DNA of 64,000 nucleotides from an uncultured Ignavibacteriota bacterium (GCA_937983305.1 CALKAJ010000030.1:20-64019); one strand, 5' to 3'; counted from the stretch's first letter, positions 9,864 to 17,113 are shown. Numbers and translations are program-made. Notes: generated by a model not told the origin, from the sequence alone.

Positions 9864-10561
9864 TGAAACCTTCTTCCGGCAAAAAATATTTAAGAATGTC
9901 TTTAAACGAAAGAATACAACATATACTTTTGTTAACTACATTCATTACATTGGTGATAACCGGTTTTGGACTGCTATATCCCGAAGCATTTTGGGTGAAA
10001 TGGATAGTTGCAATTGTCGGAAAAAACGCATTCGAAGCGAGAGGAGTTGTTCACAGAATAGCAGCAGTAATTATGGTGTTTGCTTCTGTTTATCATATTT
10101 TCTATATCATTTTTACGAAGAGAGGAAGAAGATTCGTATTTGATATGTGGTTCAATCTACAGGATATTAAGGATATGTTTCTGTATTTAAAATATCTTAT
10201 AGGTCTGTCAAAAGATAAACCAAAATTCGGCAGATTTAGCTACATAGAGAAAATGGAATATTGGGCAGTTATATGGGGCACTGTTGTTATGGGTGCCACA
10301 GGTGCAGTGCTTTGGTTTGAAAACGAATTTCTACCGATAATCGGTATGGAAGGAATGTATATCGCAACGGCAATACATTTGTACGAAGCCGTACTCGCTT
10401 CATTATCTATTCTTGTATGGCATTTTTATTTCATATTTATAAATCCCGATGTTTTTCCGATGAATAAGGCATGGATGACCGGTTTTCTGACACGCGAACA
10501 AATGGAACACGAACATCCGCTGGAACTCGAGCAGATTGAATCAAGTAATACTAATGAATAA
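9863..10561 (+). CDS. dihaem cytochrome b, FdnI/HydC (Ni/Fe-hydrogenase b-type cytochrome) family
   Basis: 232 aa. The start overlaps the upstream stop (TAATG). N-terminal LNERIQHILLL plus four predicted TM helices with conserved His (VVHRIAAV, SVYHIF, ATAIHLYEA, VWHFYF), typical of quinone-interacting b subunits. Confidence 0.85.
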   Translation: MKPSSGKKYLRMSLNERIQHILLLTTFITLVITGFGLLYPEAFWVKWIVAIVGKNAFEARGVVHRIAAVIMVFASVYHIFYIIFTKRGRRFVFDMWFNLQDIKDMFLYLKYLIGLSKDKPKFGRFSYIEKMEYWAVIWGTVVMGATGAVLWFENEFLPIIGMEGMYIATAIHLYEAVLASLSILVWHFYFIFINPDVFPMNKAWMTGFLTREQMEHEHPLELEQIESSNTNE

Positions 10562-10633
10562 TTGAATAATACACGTGAATATAAAAATAAATATATCTTA
10601 TTTTCCATTAACTAACTTAATTAATTAACTCCT

Positions 10634-11191
10634 ATGAAGGGCAAAAAAACTTTTCTAACGCTCACTGTTGTTGCGGCAATTGTTCTTTCTTTTTCTGCAT
10701 TTAATTTCCATCAAGGTGTGGGACAATTTAAGTACATTGGCGTAACAAAATGTGTAAGCGCCTGTCACAAATCAGACGCACAAGGCAAGCAGCTTGATAT
10801 TTGGAAAAATTCCAAACATTCAATGGCATATAAAACGCTTGAAACTCCCGAAGCAGATAAAATTGCTCAGGAAAAAGGCTTTCAAACGAAAGCCGCCGAA
10901 ACACCGAACTGTTTAAAGTGTCACGTTCTTGGTAAAGATATGGACCCGTCAGAATTTACTGAAAACTTTGATATGAAAGACGGTGTTCAGTGTGAAAGTT
11001 GTCACGGACCCGGTTCTGAATATAAGTCAATGTCAATTATGAAAGACAAACAAAAATCAATTGAAAACGGACTTATTGTGCATTCAGAAAAGGAAGCTTT
11101 TTGTACTAACTGTCATAATTCTGAAAGCCCAACTTTCAAAGGTTTTGAATATGACAAGATGTGGGATGCGATTAAACATCCTAAACCGTAA
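10634..11191 (+). CDS. periplasmic tetrahaem cytochrome, cytochrome c554-like
   Basis: 185 aa. Signal peptide. Haem motifs CVSACH (CX3CH), CLKCH, CESCH, CTNCH. The CESCHGPGSEY context resembles the c554-type multihaem family. Confidence 0.8.
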   Translation: MKGKKTFLTLTVVAAIVLSFSAFNFHQGVGQFKYIGVTKCVSACHKSDAQGKQLDIWKNSKHSMAYKTLETPEADKIAQEKGFQTKAAETPNCLKCHVLGKDMDPSEFTENFDMKDGVQCESCHGPGSEYKSMSIMKDKQKSIENGLIVHSEKEAFCTNCHNSESPTFKGFEYDKMWDAIKHPKP

Positions 11192-11219
11192 TTTTTTTTG
11201 ATGTAATTTATAAGTTACC

Positions 11220-11262
11220 CCCGTCCCTGTTAAACAGGGACGGGTTAGAATTTAATTTTTTT
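11220..11262 (+). terminator. intrinsic terminator
   Basis: Perfect 10-bp GC-rich stem CCCGTCCCTG / CAGGGACGGG with a TTAAA loop (11220-11244). A T7 run lies at 11256-11262, not immediately adjacent. Confidence 0.65.
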
Positions 11263-11283
11263 AAAAAAACCGAATTAAATGTG

Positions 11284-12585
11284 ATGAGAAAAATTATCTA
11301 CTTTTTTATTCCTCTTTTTGCGATTCTCTTCATTACTACCGGTTTATATTCTCAAACTGTTAATGCAAGATTCAGTACTTCGTTTTATACCTGGGAAAGG
11401 TATGATTCAATTGGCTCTGAATCTTCCACTAAACATTTAAGAGCATATCAGAATATTCTGCTTGATGTATCGCAGAAAAAATGGTCTTTTAACACAAATG
11501 CTCAGCTGGAAGGGGATATAATGGAAAAATCCGGAAGAGGATTTGCCTACAGATTTTACAGTCTGTATATCAAAGGTTCAAATCTGTTTGATGTAATGGA
11601 TGTTAAACTCGGAAGGCAATATGTTTCTGCAGGTGTTGGCAGGGGATATATTGACGGTGCACATCTGAAATTAAAACTCGGAAAAAGCAAAGAATATCAG
11701 TTAACTGCTTATGGAGGCGGACTTTCTCCGCTCTCGTATGATTTTGATTATGGAGAAAAATATCAGTTAAAAGATAACATCTCTTATGGAGCAATGTTCC
11801 AGTATTATGGCGTTAAAGATTTAATGCTTGGCGTCAGCTACTATAACAAACACAGAGCTGTTCCGAATTACTATGCTCCAAGACTTGACAGCGCCCTGTT
11901 TACAAAAATTGTTGAAATACAAACAGAACCCTTTGCCGACCAGCTCGCAGGTTTTGATTTTTCATTTTTCAAACCTTCTTATCAGGCAATGGGAAAGGTC
12001 TATTATGACGTTAACCTGAAAAAACTATTCAGAGCGGATGTCAATGCAGGTTTTAATGTTGCCCAAAATCTTCGTTTAAATGTAGGATTTTTGTATCGCG
12101 AACCTCAAATAAGTTACAATACGATTTTCTGGGTTTTTCAGCATAAGCCTCTTTCCGAATTTGAAGCAGGCTTAGATTACACTCTTCTGAAACAATACAA
12201 TATATATTTTAAGGTTTCAGATGTAATGTATGATAACGATAATTCAGCAAAATTCTCATTTGGATTTTCACATGCGAATTACGGATTATCTTTCGTTAAA
12301 TATACGGGATATGCAGGTGAATCCGACGGTGCATTTGGTTATTTTAATTATGAACTTCTCAGGTCGAAACTCGCTGTTACAACCGGTCTTAATTATTCCA
12401 ATTACAGTATTAAAAATTATTCCGAAGATAAAGTAAGTGCGTTTTCAGGAATGCTCGGATTGGTTTACAGACCTGTTAATCATTTCACCGTTGATTTACA
12501 GGGACAGATTATTACTAACAAAATTTATAAGACCGATACAAGAATATTACTTGGTTTTAACTATTGGTTATTTAAGAAATTTTAA
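11284..12585 (+). CDS. outer-membrane beta-barrel (porin-like) protein
   Basis: About 433 aa. Signal peptide MRKIIYFFIPLFAILFITTGLYSQ. Amphipathic beta-strand pattern throughout. C-terminal ...GFNYWLFKKF ends in Phe, as in BAM substrates. Sits between cytochrome genes. Confidence 0.75.
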   Translation: MRKIIYFFIPLFAILFITTGLYSQTVNARFSTSFYTWERYDSIGSESSTKHLRAYQNILLDVSQKKWSFNTNAQLEGDIMEKSGRGFAYRFYSLYIKGSNLFDVMDVKLGRQYVSAGVGRGYIDGAHLKLKLGKSKEYQLTAYGGGLSPLSYDFDYGEKYQLKDNISYGAMFQYYGVKDLMLGVSYYNKHRAVPNYYAPRLDSALFTKIVEIQTEPFADQLAGFDFSFFKPSYQAMGKVYYDVNLKKLFRADVNAGFNVAQNLRLNVGFLYREPQISYNTIFWVFQHKPLSEFEAGLDYTLLKQYNIYFKVSDVMYDNDNSAKFSFGFSHANYGLSFVKYTGYAGESDGAFGYFNYELLRSKLAVTTGLNYSNYSIKNYSEDKVSAFSGMLGLVYRPVNHFTVDLQGQIITNKIYKTDTRILLGFNYWLFKKF

Positions 12586-12596
12586 AATTCAACATT

Positions 12597-13865
12597 ATGA
12601 GAATTATGAAATTTTACGCTTTGCTTTTTGTCTGTTTAGCTTTTTTCGTTTCGATAACTGCTTATAATTTTTATTCCGGCGGTTCCGTTACTTCAAAAGG
12701 AATTTTTACAAAACAGGTGAAAGCAAACGATAATCCTGATAACAGGACAATTATCAAATTCAATCACTCAAAACACCTCAAAGATGCAGGTACTCAATGC
12801 ACTGATTGTCATAGTAAGGCGCCAAATTCTGTTAATGCACTCGAGAGCCTGATTCCCATAAAGGCTTCCTGTGCGAACTGCCATGATGTTGAAGATAAGA
12901 AAGAATGTGGACTTTGCCATTTTGAGGGAGTTTATAAAAAACTTAATCCGACTGTCAGAGAGTTACATTTTAATCATCAAAAACATATCAAGGACAGCGG
13001 AATGCAATGCCTCGATTGCCACAAAAATATGCCGGATTATAAATATTCGAGTGACAATCCTCAAAAATATCCTGAAATGGAAGTATGTGCAAAATGTCAT
13101 AACGATAATGATGCCACGATGAGCTGCGAAAAATGTCATACTAATCTGACTAATCTGAAACCGATGAATCATCTCAGGTCAAACTTTCTCAATGAGCACA
13201 AATGGGTATTTGATGCGGCAGGCGAAAAAAATAATTGTATGATGTGCCACTCAGAAAATTTCTGTCAGGTTTGTCATAGCGCCGGAAAATTCAAAGGGTC
13301 TAACACAAAGAAGGATTTTTATGCTCCGTTCTGGACAAAAAATTCAGGTACAAGAATTGATAGAGCAGAATTGCAGAAACTTAATACCGTTCACGAATTG
13401 AATTATCTATATACACACGGTATGGATGCATTGCATAAATCCTATGAATGTAAAACCTGTCACGACCCGGTCGAGTTCTGTTCTGCTTGTCATCAAACCG
13501 GCGGAAATCTTGTAACAGGCTTTGCACCTAAGAGCCATCTTGCACCTAACTTCAAAACTTTTGGCGTTGGAACAGGCGGCGGATTACATGCTGAGCTTGC
13601 AAGGAAAGATATTGAAGCCTGTCAATCTTGCCACGATGTAAACGGCGGTGACCAGATATGTATTAAATGCCATTTTGATAACGATGGTGTAAAAGGCACA
13701 AATCCCCGAACTCACGAATGGGGCTTTATGAAAGATGAAAAAGGAATCTGGCACGATACACAAGGAGCAATTTGCTTTAGATGTCATACCGATGCAAACG
13801 CAAGACCAAACGGAATTGCCGGAATAGGTTTCTGTGGTTATTGCCATAGTAAAGCAGTTAAATAA
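12597..13865 (+). CDS. periplasmic multihaem c-type cytochrome (14 CXXCH)
   Basis: 422 aa. Signal peptide and 14 CXXCH. Two N-terminal units FNH-x-KH...CxDCH...CxxCH...CxxCH resemble cytochrome c7/c3 trihaem domains. These are followed by closely paired CXXCH motifs. Confidence 0.9.
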   Translation: MRIMKFYALLFVCLAFFVSITAYNFYSGGSVTSKGIFTKQVKANDNPDNRTIIKFNHSKHLKDAGTQCTDCHSKAPNSVNALESLIPIKASCANCHDVEDKKECGLCHFEGVYKKLNPTVRELHFNHQKHIKDSGMQCLDCHKNMPDYKYSSDNPQKYPEMEVCAKCHNDNDATMSCEKCHTNLTNLKPMNHLRSNFLNEHKWVFDAAGEKNNCMMCHSENFCQVCHSAGKFKGSNTKKDFYAPFWTKNSGTRIDRAELQKLNTVHELNYLYTHGMDALHKSYECKTCHDPVEFCSACHQTGGNLVTGFAPKSHLAPNFKTFGVGTGGGLHAELARKDIEACQSCHDVNGGDQICIKCHFDNDGVKGTNPRTHEWGFMKDEKGIWHDTQGAICFRCHTDANARPNGIAGIGFCGYCHSKAVK

Positions 13866-13897
13866 AAAATAACAGTAAATTGAATATTAAGTTTAAT

Positions 13898-14770
13898 ATG
13901 AAAAAACATAATCTTTTATATCTTCTTCTGATACCTGCATTTATAATGATAATAACATTATATAGCTGCAGTAAACTTGAAGATAATCTGGTTAATGCTC
14001 CCAAAGCAGGTATTCACCCTGACGGCTGGACTAATCCCATTAATGCAAATTTTCACGGGAAATATTTTTTCTCCAACAAATGGGATTTTAAAATGTGTAC
14101 ACAGTGTCACGGTGCTGATTACAACGGAGGCAACACAGGTAAGAGTTGTAATGACCCCTCCTGTCACGGCAGTTCAACCCCCGAAGATTGCAAACTTTGT
14201 CATGGTAACAGAAGCAATACAATTTTCCCGCCGTTAGCATTAAATGGTTCGTCTTCCGTAACGTATATTGGGGTTGGTACCCATAACACTCATTTGAATA
14301 GAGATAGTTCAATCAGATTCTCGGCAAGACTGAGGTGTGTTTCCTGTCATAAGTCAATTTCAGGCTTTTTTGATCCGAACCACATCGGCTCAAATCCTGA
14401 TAACATTGCTGAGGTAGTATTTGATTCTCTTGCCATTACAACTACAAATGGAATTACTCCAAATCCGGTTTGGAACAGGAATAACCCGCAATCCTGCGCA
14501 GTTACTTATTGTCACGGTAATTTCAAAAACGGAAATTACAGGCTGAATCCGACCACAATGACAAATCCCGTTTGGACAGATCCTAATTCGGTATATTGCG
14601 GCACCTGCCACGGTAATCCGAGTACAGGAAATCCGCTACCGGGCGGAACCCATATTCAGGGCTTTACAATTTATAATTGCTATTTTTGTCACGGCTCGGT
14701 TATTAATAATGCCGGAAATATTATTAATAAATCCAAACATATTAACGGCGTAGTTAATATGAACCAATAA
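13898..14770 (+). CDS. lipoprotein multihaem cytochrome with CX4CH...CXXCH motifs (5 CXXCH + 2 CX4CH)
   Basis: The ORF track start is 13880 (TTG); an ATG at 13898 gives MKKHNLLYLLLIPAFIMIITLYSC with a lipobox Cys. Motifs CTQCH, CNDPSCH, CKLCH, CVSCH, CAVTYCH, CGTCH, CYFCH. The SCAVTYCHG...YCGTCHG...CYFCHG pattern matches the Geobacter CxxxxCH...CXXCH domain family. Confidence 0.85.
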   Translation: MKKHNLLYLLLIPAFIMIITLYSCSKLEDNLVNAPKAGIHPDGWTNPINANFHGKYFFSNKWDFKMCTQCHGADYNGGNTGKSCNDPSCHGSSTPEDCKLCHGNRSNTIFPPLALNGSSSVTYIGVGTHNTHLNRDSSIRFSARLRCVSCHKSISGFFDPNHIGSNPDNIAEVVFDSLAITTTNGITPNPVWNRNNPQSCAVTYCHGNFKNGNYRLNPTTMTNPVWTDPNSVYCGTCHGNPSTGNPLPGGTHIQGFTIYNCYFCHGSVINNAGNIINKSKHINGVVNMNQ

Positions 14771-14800
14771 GTTATATCGTTTAAAATCAGTTTCAAAGTT

Positions 14801-14838
14801 AAAAAGACCGTCAATTCACCGGCGGTCTTTTTATTTTT
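14801..14838 (+). terminator. intrinsic terminator
   Basis: AAAAAGACCG ... CGGTCTTTTT stem with a 13-nt loop, followed by a TTATTTTT tail, 30 bp after the stop codon. Confidence 0.7.
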
Positions 14839-14868
14839 ATAAATTGTGTGAAAAAGCAAAAAATCAAA

Positions 14869-14885
14869 TGTGGGATTTCTCCACA
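14869..14885. promoter_or_regulatory. palindromic UAS-like motif, copy C (TGTGG-GATTTCT-CCACA)
   Basis: 5-bp inverted arms TGTGG/CCACA. 13 of 18 positions match copy A. Centred about 89 bp upstream of the -24-like element at 14965. Confidence 0.35.
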
Positions 14886-14964
14886 CTGTATAATGAAAAA
14901 TGTCCAATTATACCCATAAATAGCAGTTTAAATAAAGTATTATTAATAGATTACTGCTATTATT

Positions 14965-14980
14965 TGGCACAGAATTTGAT
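14965..14980 (+). promoter_or_regulatory. candidate sigma-54 promoter (one mismatch in the -12 element)
   Basis: TGGCAC-AGAAT-TTGAT, about 48 bp upstream of the ATG at 15028. Caveat: a perfect TATAAT hexamer (14982-14987) follows directly, so a sigma-70-type promoter is an alternative. Confidence 0.5.
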
Positions 14981-15027
14981 GTATAATTTGTAAAATTATC
15001 TTTTTAAAATTTAAATGGAGGATACTC

Positions 15028-16422
15028 ATGAAAAGATATTTTACGTTTTTATTAGTTGTTTCTTTTATCTTCGTTTCTGAGTCCGTTTTTTCGCAATCAA
15101 CAAGTTTCCATATGCTTAGAAAAGGTCACTCTTACTTTTATGCATCGACAAATGGTGGTTTTGAAACCATTTCAAACATCCCGATTAACGCACTTCGCTG
15201 CTTGAAATGTCACCCCGGTAAACTGGCTAATAATACCCCGGTTGACACAGGCACTTATGCGCCTTCCTGTTTAGATTGCCATAATTTTTCAATTGGGAAT
15301 GCTGTACCGGATACCATTTGCTTAAGATGCCACAGCAGACAAAAGGTCGAAAAGGCAAACTTTACGGATAAACACAGATCTGCCGGTATGACCTGCGTAA
15401 CCTGTCATATCAAGGACGAACTGCATGCCGATGCAACAAATTATCAAACCCCGTTTGATACTGTACAGGGTAAGACTTGTTCAACTGTAGGATGTCATAA
15501 CGTCGTTCCTGTAACTCCCGATGATTCACTGGCTCACGCAATTCACAACGACAAGCTCGAATGTTCTTCCTGCCATGCGAGGTCTCAAATAGCCTGCTAT
15601 AACTGCCACTTCGAAACAGAAGTTTGGCAGGGGATGAGAGGCTTCAAAAGACCGATTGGTCAATATAAAGGCTTCATAATGCTGGCAAGACTACCAAAAA
15701 CCGGAAAAGTTGGAATTGTAAATTACCAATCCATCATTTATCAGGGAAATAAAACGTTTAACGCATGGGGTCCTTATTATCCGCATACAATTATGCCGAA
15801 GGACTCGACAAGAAGTTGCAGCGGATGCCACAATGCTCCAACAATTCAGGAATACAATAACACAACAAAAATTGTTGTAGCAAAATGGGATTCCACTCTG
15901 ACTCCTAAGAAGATTGTTCATACTCAGGGAATGATTCCGATTCCTCCTGATTATCTGACTTCATTGGTTTTTGATTTTGCAAACTATATCGGAAAAGTTG
16001 ATACTGCATATACAGACCCGTCGAAATGGGTATATGCAAAGACCGGCTTAACCGGAAATCAAATGCTATCTCAATATGTATTGCCGTTGACCGCTGCTCA
16101 AATGACTGCTCTTGGTTCAACAATTGGTATTACACCTATCAGCACTGAAGTACCAAGTAATTTTGAGCTGTTCCAGAACTTCCCGAATCCATTCAACCCG
16201 AGTACGATTATCAAATTTAACATTGCCAAATCTGCAAATGTAACGGTAAATGTTTATAATTCACTTGGAAAGCTTGTTACAACTTTGGTTTCTCAGAAGT
16301 TAAATGCAGGCACATATCAGGTTGATTTTGAAGGAAAAGAACTTTCAAGCGGTATCTATTTCTATTCAATGATAGTTGACGGAAATGTCTCCGCAGCTAA
16401 AAAGATGCTTTTGGTAAAGTAA
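15028..16422 (+). CDS. multihaem c-type cytochrome (7 CXXCH + 1 CX4CH) with a C-terminal T9SS sorting domain
   Basis: 464 aa. Signal peptide. Motifs CLKCH, CLDCH, CLRCH, CVTCH, CSTVGCH, CSSCH, CYNCH, CSGCH. The last ~80 aa, FELFQNFPNPFNPSTIIKFNI...VYNSLGKLV...GTYQVDFEGKELSSGIYFYSM...KKMLLVK, form a classic Por/T9SS type A C-terminal domain. Confidence 0.9.
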   Translation: MKRYFTFLLVVSFIFVSESVFSQSTSFHMLRKGHSYFYASTNGGFETISNIPINALRCLKCHPGKLANNTPVDTGTYAPSCLDCHNFSIGNAVPDTICLRCHSRQKVEKANFTDKHRSAGMTCVTCHIKDELHADATNYQTPFDTVQGKTCSTVGCHNVVPVTPDDSLAHAIHNDKLECSSCHARSQIACYNCHFETEVWQGMRGFKRPIGQYKGFIMLARLPKTGKVGIVNYQSIIYQGNKTFNAWGPYYPHTIMPKDSTRSCSGCHNAPTIQEYNNTTKIVVAKWDSTLTPKKIVHTQGMIPIPPDYLTSLVFDFANYIGKVDTAYTDPSKWVYAKTGLTGNQMLSQYVLPLTAAQMTALGSTIGITPISTEVPSNFELFQNFPNPFNPSTIIKFNIAKSANVTVNVYNSLGKLVTTLVSQKLNAGTYQVDFEGKELSSGIYFYSMIVDGNVSAAKKMLLVK

Positions 16423-16448
16423 AATAAGTTATGTTTCATAGTTTTACA

Positions 16449-16485
16449 AAAACCGGTCCCGGATTTATTCCGGAACCGGTTTTAA
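16449..16485 (+). terminator. intrinsic terminator
   Basis: AAAACCGGTCCCGGA / TCCGGAACCGGTTTT stem (14 of 15 bp) with a TTTAT loop and a T-tail. Confidence 0.8.
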
Positions 16486-16637
16486 TTATATGAAGTCTTT
16501 CAATAGAATTAAATAACCGTCTTTTTTGTTTAAAATACAAAATAAGAGATTCAAAAAATCTTTTTATAATAATTAAATATCTTTGCAAAAAAAATTAAAT
16601 TAAGTATATTTAATCCAATTAAAAAATAAATATTTAG

Positions 16638-17099
16638 ATGAAATATATATCACTTCTTACGCTGGTTCTGTTGGTACTTTCAGGTTGCTCCAAGATGGAG
16701 GAAAAGAAAGAAACAACCGGAAATAAAACTATGCCTCCAATGACTAAGGATGGTATGAATGACCCGCATTCAAATATGTCCGGAATGCAAAATAAGAACG
16801 ATTCTCAGGGAAATGATGAAGCCTTAAAGTTATCTCAGGAAGCAAATGAGTTTGAAAAAGCGTATGAGAAAACTAAAGATGATAAAACAAAAAAACAGCT
16901 TGTTGAAAAACATCTTGCAGCAGCTTTAGCACTTTCCCCGTCAACAAATCCTGAGCATATGAATAAAGAAACAATAAGAACCTCTTTAAAGCATTTCAAG
17001 AGAGTTCTTGAGCTTGACCCGGAAAATGCCGACGCAAAAGCAGGAAGAGAAGAGATTGTTCAAATGTATGAAATGATAGGTGTACCGTTGCCGGAATAA
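16638..17099 (+). CDS. lipoprotein with a Met/His-rich linker and a TPR-like C-terminus, function unknown
   Basis: 153 aa. Lipobox LVLSGC. TMPPMTKDGMNDPHSNMSGMQ segment. C-terminal LKHFKRVLELDPENADAKAG is TPR-like. Confidence 0.6.
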   Translation: MKYISLLTLVLLVLSGCSKMEEKKETTGNKTMPPMTKDGMNDPHSNMSGMQNKNDSQGNDEALKLSQEANEFEKAYEKTKDDKTKKQLVEKHLAAALALSPSTNPEHMNKETIRTSLKHFKRVLELDPENADAKAGREEIVQMYEMIGVPLPE

Positions 17100-17113
17100 G
17101 TAAGTTTGTAAAA

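Noticed and set aside
12437-12667. 76-aa ORF bridging the OMP gene end and the 14-haem cytochrome start, plus other short ORFs inside the cytochrome genes (for example 12871-13122, 13977-14237 and 9562-9789)
   Set aside because: They are alternative frames of strongly supported cytochrome/OMP genes and have no signal peptides or motifs. The 11-nt OMP-cytochrome gap leaves no room for a separate gene.
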